DNA of 64,000 bases from Candidatus Giovannonibacteria bacterium (lineage in GTDB: Bacteria > Patescibacteriota > Minisyncoccia > UBA11713 > 2-01-FULL-45-33), in NCBI GenBank assembly GCA_016176295.1, contig JACOXN010000009.1:3798-67797 (forward strand). The letters are read 5' to 3'. This document shows, piece by piece, positions 51,444-59,656 of this stretch; position 1 is the first letter of the stretch; the number at the start of each line of letters is the position of its first letter. The notes beneath the pieces are model-generated. The model was not told where the DNA came from, did no database searches, and saw only the letters and a program-made list of their open reading frames with translations. A program made the position numbers and the translations under genes.

Positions 51444-52571
51444 TTACGATCTTATGTTCTTTAGGCGTTCCAGATTTTCTTTTTCGCGCTGGCGTTTTTC
51501 GTAAATTCTGCGCATGTGCCATCCAGTGAGGAAAGCGGCAAGAAGCAGAAATATCAGCACAAGCCATCCGCCCAGCGAATGCGGGAGAAGATCCCCCGAA
51601 AAAGCGACGGCCGCAGTGGTGCTTGTGGCTCTGATTTTGGAAGCGTCTGACGCGGTCCCGCTGTTGCCGGTTATTTTGGCGCCAGCACCGGTCGGCGAGG
51701 GTAAAGCCGAAGAAAAAGGCGGAGAAGTCGCAGGAACGGGTTCCGTGGAAGCCACGGCATCGGGGCCGGTTTTAAAACTGAAAGTTGAGCCGTAAGCGAT
51801 GCCATACTGGTTCCGGATAGCAGCTCTAAAATAATAACTTGTGTTGGGGAGAAGCCGGGTTAATTTTTGGTCGAAATCTATGGTGGTTTTTGAGCCGATA
51901 TTTTCGCTGTCCGTTTTATTTTGAAGGTCTGTGGAAGGGCCCCATTCAAACCATCCTTCGGTCGGAGTGCTTATTCCCGGAAGAGCTACGCCAGTCAAAA
52001 TCGCGCTTTCTTTTAAAACCGATTTTGCCGGATTTGTTACCGCAATCGGTTTTATTGTTTGCGTTGTAGCTCCCGGGCTTGTTACCGGAATCAGTCCGCT
52101 GTTTCCGGTCGGTTGGTTGGAAGTTCCGGTGGAGCCGGACGAACCGGTCGAGCCGGAACCCGTTCCCGTGGAACCCGATGTAGGATTTGGTCCGGTTTTA
52201 AAGTTTAATGTGCTTCCGTAAGCTGCGCCAGCCGATCCGGAGTCGGAGTTCTGGGCCACAATGCGGAAATAATAAACAGTGTTTCTGTTTAAATTTCTTG
52301 CAATGGCAACATTAGGCCCCGAACCTGTAGGCATATACGGATTTCTAAAAGTCGAATTTGTCATACTGCCGGATGATTCTCCATATTCAAACCATGTAAC
52401 CATGTTCGTGCCTCCGTTGGCATCAGCGTACCCATTTAAAGTAGCGTCGTTTTCCGAGATAAAGGAAGCCGGGTTGGTCGTAACTATTGGAGCGCCGGCA
52501 AAAACAGGGTAGGCTAAAATAGTCCAGAAAACCGAACTGGTTATGAACATTTTCCACGTGTATTGAGTCAT
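51444..52571 (-). CDS. cell-surface protein: signal peptide, two FN3-like repeats, Ser/Gly/Thr linkers and a C-terminal TM anchor
   Basis: Repeat 1 is ATLNGY..WFEYG..YYFRIVA..YGSTLNFKTGP. Repeat 2 is AILTGV..WFEWG..YYFRAAI..YGSTFSFKTGP. The C-terminus is WLVLIFLLLAAFLTGW followed by a basic tail. Confidence 0.7.
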   Translation of the reverse strand: MTQYTWKMFITSSVFWTILAYPVFAGAPIVTTNPASFISENDATLNGYADANGGTNMVTWFEYGESSGSMTNSTFRNPYMPTGSGPNVAIARNLNRNTVYYFRIVAQNSDSGSAGAAYGSTLNFKTGPNPTSGSTGTGSGSTGSSGSTGTSNQPTGNSGLIPVTSPGATTQTIKPIAVTNPAKSVLKESAILTGVALPGISTPTEGWFEWGPSTDLQNKTDSENIGSKTTIDFDQKLTRLLPNTSYYFRAAIRNQYGIAYGSTFSFKTGPDAVASTEPVPATSPPFSSALPSPTGAGAKITGNSGTASDASKIRATSTTAAVAFSGDLLPHSLGGWLVLIFLLLAAFLTGWHMRRIYEKRQREKENLERLKNIRS

Positions 52572-52627
52572 ACTTTAAGTTTATTAATATTATATTTAAT
52601 AAGGCATATTAACATTTTCTTCATCAA

Positions 52628-53197
52628 ATGTCAAGTGTTAAAAAACCCTCATATTTCAACGTTTCAACACCCATTTTGGCGGAAGAACTTCTGGGAAAAT
52701 TTCTCGTCCGCAGCTTGGAAAATAAAACTATAGCGCTAATGATAACCGAAGTCGAGGCATATGAAGGCTTCGCGGATAAAGCATCGCACGCGTCGCGCGG
52801 GCGCACATTGAGGAATGAGCCTATGTTTGGCGAGGCGGGGCGTTGGTATGTATATTTTACCTATGGCATGCATTGGATGCTGAATATCGTGGCCGGGCCG
52901 AAAGACTATCCCGCGGCGGTTTTGATTCGTGGCGTCAGAAGTCCGACTTCTCTCAAACTTGAGAGAAGTCGGACTTCTGACGTTATAAATGGTCCGGCCA
53001 AACTCACTAAATTTTTAAAAATAGACGGAAAACTGAACGGAAAGCTTGCAGCCATTGAGTCTGGTTTATGGATAGAAGACAGAGGAGTGAAAATAAAACC
53101 AATCGAAATAAAAAAAAGCCCGCGGGTAGGAGTTTCCTACGCGGGTCCGTATTGGGCTCGGCGAAATTGGAGGTTTTATCTTAAAGACAGCGTGTAA
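52628..53197 (+). CDS. mpg: DNA-3-methyladenine glycosylase (Mpg/AAG family)
   Basis: LLGKFLVR, ITEVEAYEGFADKASHASRGRTLRNEPMFGEAGRWYVYFTYGMHWMLNIV, AAVLIRG and NGPAKLTKFL. Confidence 0.85.
   Translation: MSSVKKPSYFNVSTPILAEELLGKFLVRSLENKTIALMITEVEAYEGFADKASHASRGRTLRNEPMFGEAGRWYVYFTYGMHWMLNIVAGPKDYPAAVLIRGVRSPTSLKLERSRTSDVINGPAKLTKFLKIDGKLNGKLAAIESGLWIEDRGVKIKPIEIKKSPRVGVSYAGPYWARRNWRFYLKDSV
52934..52981. repeat. REP family 2 inverted doublet (perfect 23-bp arms, 2-nt spacer) inside the mpg CDS, in frame
   Basis: GTCAGAAGTCCGACTTCTCTCAA-AC-TTGAGAGAAGTCGGACTTCTGAC. It is 48 nt (16 codons) and is translated VRSPTSLKLERSRTSD. Confidence 0.85.
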
Positions 53198-54309
53198 TTT
53201 TCATATCGCGGATCTTTGGTGACTTCTTTCGTTCTGCCGAGCCATTTGGAAATTGAGACCTTGCTGTTCTCTTCGGTGACCTCTATCTCCAGAATCTGCA
53301 GACCATGCAGCCTTTTGGGCTCCAGGAACGTATCCAGCTCGAAGTACTGGTTGTCCGACAAAAAACAGGTTCGGATTTTTTTGAGGGTGTCGTGGATCGG
53401 GCTTCGCGTTTTCAACAAACTGTAAAATTTTGACGAACTTATCCGTTCCTCCCGTTCTTCGCGTGCGCCTTCCGTGATATGCGTTTTGAAAGTCTGGTAG
53501 TAAACCGAATCGTTTCCTTGAGTTCTTTTCCTTGCCCTGCTTTCCCAGCCGTCATGCTGCGCCATGTAAGCTTGCTCTATCACAAAATGTTCACAGTGTA
53601 CGGGGAGAGAGGTATGGTCGACTTGGGACCGCAAAAGGAATTTCTTTTCTATCTCGAGTACAACCGGCACGCCTATTATCCGCTGTATCTCCGCGAGCAT
53701 TCTTCGCATCTTACCCCTGAACAAAGTGGAGTTGTCTATCACTCTTAAGTGCGGGTGCCCAACCCAGATTTTTTTCGAACGGTCATCTGCCGCCCTGGCT
53801 TCGTCGAGTGTCTTTTCAAAACGCGCTTCGTTATTCTCCAGGGTGTAGAATTTTTCTTTGCCGTAAGCGGCGGTTACCAGGAAGATACCGCCGCCGTAAC
53901 GCTTTTCTCTCAGGTCGGATTTTTTGAGTCCTCTTAATTTCAGGTACCGCGCCTGTTCTTCCTCCGTCATGTAAGCGAATGCGCTGATGCAGGCGCGGTC
54001 CGGGATCAGGATTTTCTTCCGCCCTTTCTTTATGTTTAGGAGCGGCTTGAATACCCGGTCTTCGAGATAAAATTGCATGTCGATCATTGCGCATTCGAAG
54101 TTAAAGAAGGCTTCACGTCCGTATTTCTCGATGATCTCCGGGGGTTTCATGCCGAAATGATTTATCAGCAAAGTGGCGGCTTCCGGGGTCGTAGCTACCG
54201 CGATACCGGAGTTGGTCAGTTTTTCAAAAGCATAATTCAAACCGGTCGTTTTGCCGCTGCAGGGCCCCCCGTCCAATGGCACGACGATTATGTCATCCTT
54301 TTCTTTCAT
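53176..54309 (-). CDS. P-loop NTPase (AAA_28/nucleoside-kinase-like) fused to a C-terminal CYTH (triphosphate tunnel) domain
   Basis: Walker A LDGGPCSGKTTG. CYTH motifs in order: EIEKKFLL, SRARKR, EEREERI, KIRTCF, FELDTF and ILEIEV. The 3' end overlaps the mpg 3' end by 22 nt (convergent). Confidence 0.75.
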   Translation of the reverse strand: MKEKDDIIVVPLDGGPCSGKTTGLNYAFEKLTNSGIAVATTPEAATLLINHFGMKPPEIIEKYGREAFFNFECAMIDMQFYLEDRVFKPLLNIKKGRKKILIPDRACISAFAYMTEEEQARYLKLRGLKKSDLREKRYGGGIFLVTAAYGKEKFYTLENNEARFEKTLDEARAADDRSKKIWVGHPHLRVIDNSTLFRGKMRRMLAEIQRIIGVPVVLEIEKKFLLRSQVDHTSLPVHCEHFVIEQAYMAQHDGWESRARKRTQGNDSVYYQTFKTHITEGAREEREERISSSKFYSLLKTRSPIHDTLKKIRTCFLSDNQYFELDTFLEPKRLHGLQILEIEVTEENSKVSISKWLGRTKEVTKDPRYENYTLSLR

Positions 54310-54444
54310 TTTATTCCTTTTTAAAGATGCACCTGCCCACAGATTATCATAAAAGACGAAAGTTCAGCAGAATTGACAAAAGAAAGGTCGGTTGTTACTT
54401 TGAAAAAAGTAGCGTTCAACGCACATTGAAAGGTAAACGGCGTT

Positions 54445-55158
54445 ATGAAGTATTTGATTGCCGTTTTTTTATTTTTTGGATGGGTGTCTAATTCATCCGC
54501 TTTATCCTTTAACATGGGTCCCGAGTCTTTCTATTACACCGCTGACGAGATACGCGCCGCATTCGGCTACCACTACAACCACGGTAAGCGTCTGGAGTGC
54601 CCCATTTCGTGGGCGGGCGCGGGATACCATACGGTTTCCGGCGGTGAGGACATAGCCATATCTGATGCATTCGTAAAAAAAGTGGAAGAACACGTAAAGC
54701 AGATGTTCGAAGCGGGTGCCGCCAGATATTTATTCATGCCGGATGCGGGCCATGCGCATCTCATTTTGCCCCGGGAGAAAGCTCAAAAATATTTGGCGTT
54801 GCCCACCATGCTGCAGAAGCTGAAAGCCGTCCTTGAGGATGCCGAGCTCGGCGCGCTTTACCACACGGCGGAGTATCTCTCCGTGCATCCGGGTGATGCT
54901 TCCGACGTTTATGAGTGGAAGGCAAAAAGGAATGTTATAGGGTGGTTTGACGGGAGACCCATAAATATCCTGCCTCCGCACGAATTCGGCCATGGCCTCG
55001 GTGCACCGGACGGTTTTACGACTGTCAGCAATTTCGATATTTCCGCCCATAGAGAAGGCATATTCTACCTTGTTCCGAGTCCGGACAGCTCCGGAGTTAT
55101 CCAGGGCATGTCATTCGATATCTCATTTTTCAATACGGGAGCGGGGGATTGCAAATAA
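54445..55158 (+). CDS. secreted hypothetical protein (237 aa)
   Basis: Signal peptide MKYLIAVFLFFGWVSNSSA. I recognise no family. Confidence 0.5.
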   Translation: MKYLIAVFLFFGWVSNSSALSFNMGPESFYYTADEIRAAFGYHYNHGKRLECPISWAGAGYHTVSGGEDIAISDAFVKKVEEHVKQMFEAGAARYLFMPDAGHAHLILPREKAQKYLALPTMLQKLKAVLEDAELGALYHTAEYLSVHPGDASDVYEWKAKRNVIGWFDGRPINILPPHEFGHGLGAPDGFTTVSNFDISAHREGIFYLVPSPDSSGVIQGMSFDISFFNTGAGDCK

Positions 55159-55203
55159 GTTCCGGTTTACATAGCCGGGCTTTTTCTTTTATAATTGGGT
55201 ACA

Positions 55204-55764
55204 ATGCGGACAATTTTTTTTACCGGGAAAGGAGACGAAGGCGAAAGCTATGTGGGAGACCATAAAACCCCCAAGGACGATATTTTGTTCTATGTATTGG
55301 GTTCTTTAGACGAGCTTAATTCTTGGCTGGGCTTCTGCCGGGCGGAAGCCGAGCGCTCGAAAGTGCTGGATACCCATTTGGCGCTGAAAAATATACAAGA
55401 GACGCTTTTCATCGCGCAAGCTGAGATATATGCCGGATTTGACGAAGACGCGGCCATAAAAGTAAAAAGGATAACGCCGGAGAAAGTGGCGTTTTTGGAA
55501 GAAATAATAAAGAAGGTGGACGGAACGCTTCCCAAAATAAATAAATTCATAATTCCGGGAGGCTCGGAACTTGCCGCCCGGCTGGATGTGGCGCGCGCCC
55601 TCGCCCGCCGCGCCGAGCGCCTGGCTGTAAGCCTGGGGCGTGAAAGGGGAGTTTCTCCGGATCTTCTGAGGTATTTGAACCGCCTTTCCTCGGCCCTCTT
55701 CGCCCTCGCGCGTTTCGTGAATTTCAAAACTAATTTTAAGGAGGACAATCCGACGTATTTGTGA
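55204..55764 (+). CDS. PduO-type ATP:cob(I)alamin adenosyltransferase family protein
   Basis: TGKGDEGES, LGSLDELNSWLG, FIIPGGSELAARLDVARALARRAER and YLNRLSSALFALAR. Confidence 0.8.
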   Translation: MRTIFFTGKGDEGESYVGDHKTPKDDILFYVLGSLDELNSWLGFCRAEAERSKVLDTHLALKNIQETLFIAQAEIYAGFDEDAAIKVKRITPEKVAFLEEIIKKVDGTLPKINKFIIPGGSELAARLDVARALARRAERLAVSLGRERGVSPDLLRYLNRLSSALFALARFVNFKTNFKEDNPTYL

Positions 55765-55765
55765 T

Positions 55766-56428
55766 ATGCTTTCTATTATGGAAAATATAAATCAAGAAGA
55801 AAATTTATCAAAAAAGGAAAGAAAGGAATTCCGCCGCGAAGAAAAAAAACTCAGTGAATTGGATGCGGTGCGGCGCAAGAAAATGAAAAAAATTTTTATC
55901 TGGTTAAGCGCAGCAGTTGCTCTATTGCTGATTTCCTTTCTTGTATGGCTGGTATCTTCGCAAAAAGCGGCACCTTTGGGAGAGGATCTTTCAAAAGCCG
56001 TTCCGGAGGTTAGCCGTGAACATATTAAAGAAGGCGACCATCAGACATCTCTTTACAATTCCAATCCGCCAACCTCCGGGCCGCATTGGGGTGAACCATT
56101 GAGCGACGGCATCTATGACGTCGAAAAGCCGGACGAAGCGATTTTGCACGGGCTGGAGCACGGAAGGATTTGGATATCATATAAGCCTGATATTCCGGGA
56201 TCCGCCATCGCTGCTCTGAAAGCGCTTGCGAAAAGCGAAAGCCGCGTGATATTGGAGCCGCGCTCGGCCAATGATGCCGATATCGCGTTGGCCGCGTGGG
56301 CCAGACTGGATAAATTTGACTTGGTTCCGGACGGTACTTTCGACGCAAAGCGTATTACGGATTTCATAAAGCGATATCGCGACAAAGGGCCGGAATTCGT
56401 CCCGCAGGATATGGGAAAAGAGTACTAA
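55766..56428 (+). CDS. membrane-anchored DUF3105-like protein
   Basis: TM helix followed by NPPTSGPHW...AILHGLEHGRIWISY. Confidence 0.6.
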   Translation: MLSIMENINQEENLSKKERKEFRREEKKLSELDAVRRKKMKKIFIWLSAAVALLLISFLVWLVSSQKAAPLGEDLSKAVPEVSREHIKEGDHQTSLYNSNPPTSGPHWGEPLSDGIYDVEKPDEAILHGLEHGRIWISYKPDIPGSAIAALKALAKSESRVILEPRSANDADIALAAWARLDKFDLVPDGTFDAKRITDFIKRYRDKGPEFVPQDMGKEY

Positions 56429-56446
56429 AAGTAATATAATCAACTC

Positions 56447-56632
56447 ATGTGGAAAAATTGGGCAATTGCCATTTTGGGAATTTTGGTGCTCTTTGCGCCG
56501 TATGCCGGGCTTTCTTACACTTGGGAACGCCTTTTTATTGTTGTCTTGGGTATTATCATTTCGATTCTGGGTTTCTGGAACGCCTCGGAAATGAGGGTCC
56601 GCTCTAATACGGAAGAACATGGAGAGGTTTGA
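56447..56632 (+). CDS. small two-TM membrane protein (SPW-repeat-like?)
   Basis: 61 aa with two hydrophobic helices. Confidence 0.4.
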   Translation: MWKNWAIAILGILVLFAPYAGLSYTWERLFIVVLGIIISILGFWNASEMRVRSNTEEHGEV

Positions 56633-57818
56633 TTACCTGGTGGTCGGCGGCGGAATTGCCGGCACGACCGCCGCCGAAACCATACGGGAGAAAAATTTCC
56701 ATGCTTCTATCGCTATTCTGGAAGCCGAGCCGCATACTCTTTATTCCAAGCTTTCATTTCCGAAATATTTGAATAACCAGATATCGAGGAAGCAGCTTTT
56801 TTTGCGCGAGGTTTCCGATTACGAAAGGAAACGCATAGATTTTTTCCCGCGTACCTACGCTAACAAGATAGATCCAGAGCGGCATGAGGTTTTTTGCGAG
56901 GACGGGAGAATATTCTCATATAAAAAACTTTTGATAGCGTCAGGCTCAAGGCCGGATGATCCTCCGGAGTATCTGCGCACCGAAGCGGGAGTCCCCGGCG
57001 AAGGGAGCCGGGTGCTTCGGCTGCATAGCTTGGATGACGCAGACTCCATCAAGGAAACTTTTTCCGCGCCGCCTCCGAGAAGCATTATCGTGGCGGGGGA
57101 AACTTTTGCCGCGCTTGAACTTTTCGAAATATTTTATGAGCACGATTTCGAGGTGCACGCCGTGGCCAAGGGTAATTTTTTCGGCGAGCGTATGCTCGGC
57201 TCCAAAGGAGGAGAAATATTGGAGAGGCATCTTCAGAGAAAAAGGATAGTCATCCATAAGAACGCGGAGATAGCTTACGCGAAAGGAACCGAGTTCCGGC
57301 TTTCCAATGGAGACAAATTTTCAGCCGATTTTGCCGGCATAGCGACCGGCGTCCAAAGGAATGTCGAGGCATTCCGAAACCTAAAAAACGGCAAAGGCAT
57401 CTGGACGGATGAATTTTTTATGACTTCGGTCCCGGATATTTATGCCGCGGGTGACGCGGCGGAATTTTTTGATGTGATATCAGGCAGGCGGCGGCTTATG
57501 AGCGATTGGACTATGGCCTTTCTCTCCGGCCGGACCGCGGCTTTGAACATGCTTGATGAGCGTGTTCCTTTTAAATCCGTTACATCGTACAATATAGTAA
57601 TATTTGGGGTCAGCATTACTTCAATGGGTGACACGGAAGATTGGGAAGACACTTTGGAATATCCGGAAGAGAACGGTGTTCCGTCATTTTTGCGTTTGTT
57701 TTTGAAGGAAGGCAGGCTCAAAGGCGCCATTTTTATCAATCGTTTTGCCGATGCGAGCAAAATATCATCGTTTATCGAACATGGTTCATCACAAGAAGAG
57801 GTCAAAAAGGCATTTTGA
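56619..57818 (+). CDS. FAD-dependent pyridine nucleotide-disulfide oxidoreductase family protein
   Basis: FDYLVVGGGIAGTTAAE (FAD GxGxxG), a second Rossmann IIVAGETFAALE, and YAAGDAAEF. Confidence 0.75.
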   Translation: MERFDYLVVGGGIAGTTAAETIREKNFHASIAILEAEPHTLYSKLSFPKYLNNQISRKQLFLREVSDYERKRIDFFPRTYANKIDPERHEVFCEDGRIFSYKKLLIASGSRPDDPPEYLRTEAGVPGEGSRVLRLHSLDDADSIKETFSAPPPRSIIVAGETFAALELFEIFYEHDFEVHAVAKGNFFGERMLGSKGGEILERHLQRKRIVIHKNAEIAYAKGTEFRLSNGDKFSADFAGIATGVQRNVEAFRNLKNGKGIWTDEFFMTSVPDIYAAGDAAEFFDVISGRRRLMSDWTMAFLSGRTAALNMLDERVPFKSVTSYNIVIFGVSITSMGDTEDWEDTLEYPEENGVPSFLRLFLKEGRLKGAIFINRFADASKISSFIEHGSSQEEVKKAF

Positions 57819-58968
57819 TATTATTCTTCTGGCTACAGGGCTCGCTTTCAGCGCGTTGGCTTTTCATATTGCCGCGTCATCCCTCCCCGAATCGCTCGAC
57901 CGCGCGGGAATTTTTTCTTCACCGCCTGAGGAAACATCAGAGGCCATACCGCCGAAGCCAAAACATGTCTCGACACCCGAAGCCGTGAAGGCAATTTACA
58001 TGACAAGCTGGGTGGCCTCCACAAAAGACTGGCGCGAGTCCCTTGCGCAATTCATCCGGGATACGGAATTAAACAGTATTATCATTGACGTTAAAGATTA
58101 CAGCGGACACGTTTTTTTTGACACCGAAGACCCTTTGGTAAAAAGCATCGGGTCGGAGGAAATCAGAGTTCCCGACATGAAAGATTTCGTAGAATATCTG
58201 CACGACTCCAATATTTACGTGATAGCGAGGATAACGGTTTTTCAGGACCCTGTTTATGCCAAAAAATTCCCGGATGAAGCGGTACAGCAAAAGAACGGCA
58301 AGATCTGGAAAGACAGGAAAGGGCTCTCTTTCATTGACCCTGGCTCGCAGGATTTCTGGAAATATATCGTAGCCGTCGCGAGGTCATCGGAAAAAGTCGG
58401 TTTTGATGAGCTTAATTTCGATTATGTGCGTTTCCCTTCAGACGGGGACATGCGGAACATCGCTTTTCCGATATCCGGCGAAAAGAAAAAGCCCGAAGCC
58501 CTGGAAAGTTTTTTCATTTATCTCCAAAGCGAGCTTAGAAGTTCCGGGGTTCCGATCTCGGCCGATGTTTTCGGCATGACGACAACGAATACGGACGATT
58601 TGAATATCGGCCAGGTTTTGGAAAAAATCGTGCCATACTTCGACTACGTGGCGCCGATGGTTTATCCGTCGCATTATCCGGCAGGTTTCCACGGATACAA
58701 AAGCCCGGCCAGCCATCCTTACGAAGTTGTGAACTTTGCGATGGCGAAAGGTGTTGAAAGGATGGTCGCTGCGTCCACAACTCCGCAAAAGCTCCGCCCG
58801 TGGCTTCAGGACTTCGACCTGGGAGCGGATTATACTTCGGATATGATAAGAGCAGAGAAGAAAGCGGTGTACGACGCCGGGCTCACCAGCTGGATGATCT
58901 GGGACCCGTCCAACAAATATACGAAGGGCGCATACGATTTGACACCAATCGGAGCTAACATACAATAA
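57781..58968 (+). CDS. putative glycoside-hydrolase-like TIM-barrel protein (DUF4015/COG1306 type), membrane-anchored
   Basis: AIYMTSW, LNSIIIDVKDYSGHVFFDT, IARITVFQD, FDELNFDYVRFPSDG, SADVFGM and APMVYPSHY. I chose ATG 57781. Confidence 0.65.
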   Translation: MVHHKKRSKRHFDIILLATGLAFSALAFHIAASSLPESLDRAGIFSSPPEETSEAIPPKPKHVSTPEAVKAIYMTSWVASTKDWRESLAQFIRDTELNSIIIDVKDYSGHVFFDTEDPLVKSIGSEEIRVPDMKDFVEYLHDSNIYVIARITVFQDPVYAKKFPDEAVQQKNGKIWKDRKGLSFIDPGSQDFWKYIVAVARSSEKVGFDELNFDYVRFPSDGDMRNIAFPISGEKKKPEALESFFIYLQSELRSSGVPISADVFGMTTTNTDDLNIGQVLEKIVPYFDYVAPMVYPSHYPAGFHGYKSPASHPYEVVNFAMAKGVERMVAASTTPQKLRPWLQDFDLGADYTSDMIRAEKKAVYDAGLTSWMIWDPSNKYTKGAYDLTPIGANIQ

Positions 58969-58972
58969 TCTT

Positions 58973-59656
58973 ATGGATGAAAATAATTCGGAAAGTCAAA
59001 AGAATGACGGTAGCAAGTTTTTGATGCCGTCAGCTGTTATTGTAGCGGGGCTGGTCATAGCCGCAGCTCTCATATATGTTTTTCTTCCGGCGAAACAGGC
59101 CGTCGCTCCCGAGTCCGCATCCGGTGATATTTTAGAGATAAGGCCGACCGACCATGTGTTGGGGAACCCGGCGGCAAAAATTACGCTTTTTGAGTACGGC
59201 GATTTTCAATGTCCTTACTGCGGCAAACTTTTTAACGATACGCTCCCGCAGATACGGGAAGATTATATCAGGACGGGCAAGGTAAATATGGTCTATCGGC
59301 ATTTTCCTTTAAACAACATCCACTCCGAAGCTCAAAAAGCGGCGGAGTCCGCAGAATGCGCCGGCGAACAGGGAAAGTTTTGGGAATATCACGACAATCT
59401 TTACCAAAAACAAACGGAGCTCGGCATCGACAACTTTAAAATGTGGGCTGTGAGCCTGGGTTTAGATGCCGCGAAGTTCAATTCGTGCCTGGACTCGGGG
59501 AAATACGCGGGTCTCGTGAATAAAGATCTCGCCGAAGGAATATCTTTGGGTATTGACGGCACGCCGGCGTCGTTCGTGAATTCCCGTCCGGTTCCAGGAG
59601 GCGCGGTTCCTTTTTCTTCATTTAAAAAAATAATCGATGAAGAATTAAACAAATGA
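58973..59656 (+). CDS. membrane-anchored DsbA-family thiol:disulfide oxidoreductase
   Basis: TM helix followed by the thioredoxin-fold motif FEYGDFQCPYCGKLF. Confidence 0.8.
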   Translation: MDENNSESQKNDGSKFLMPSAVIVAGLVIAAALIYVFLPAKQAVAPESASGDILEIRPTDHVLGNPAAKITLFEYGDFQCPYCGKLFNDTLPQIREDYIRTGKVNMVYRHFPLNNIHSEAQKAAESAECAGEQGKFWEYHDNLYQKQTELGIDNFKMWAVSLGLDAAKFNSCLDSGKYAGLVNKDLAEGISLGIDGTPASFVNSRPVPGGAVPFSSFKKIIDEELNK

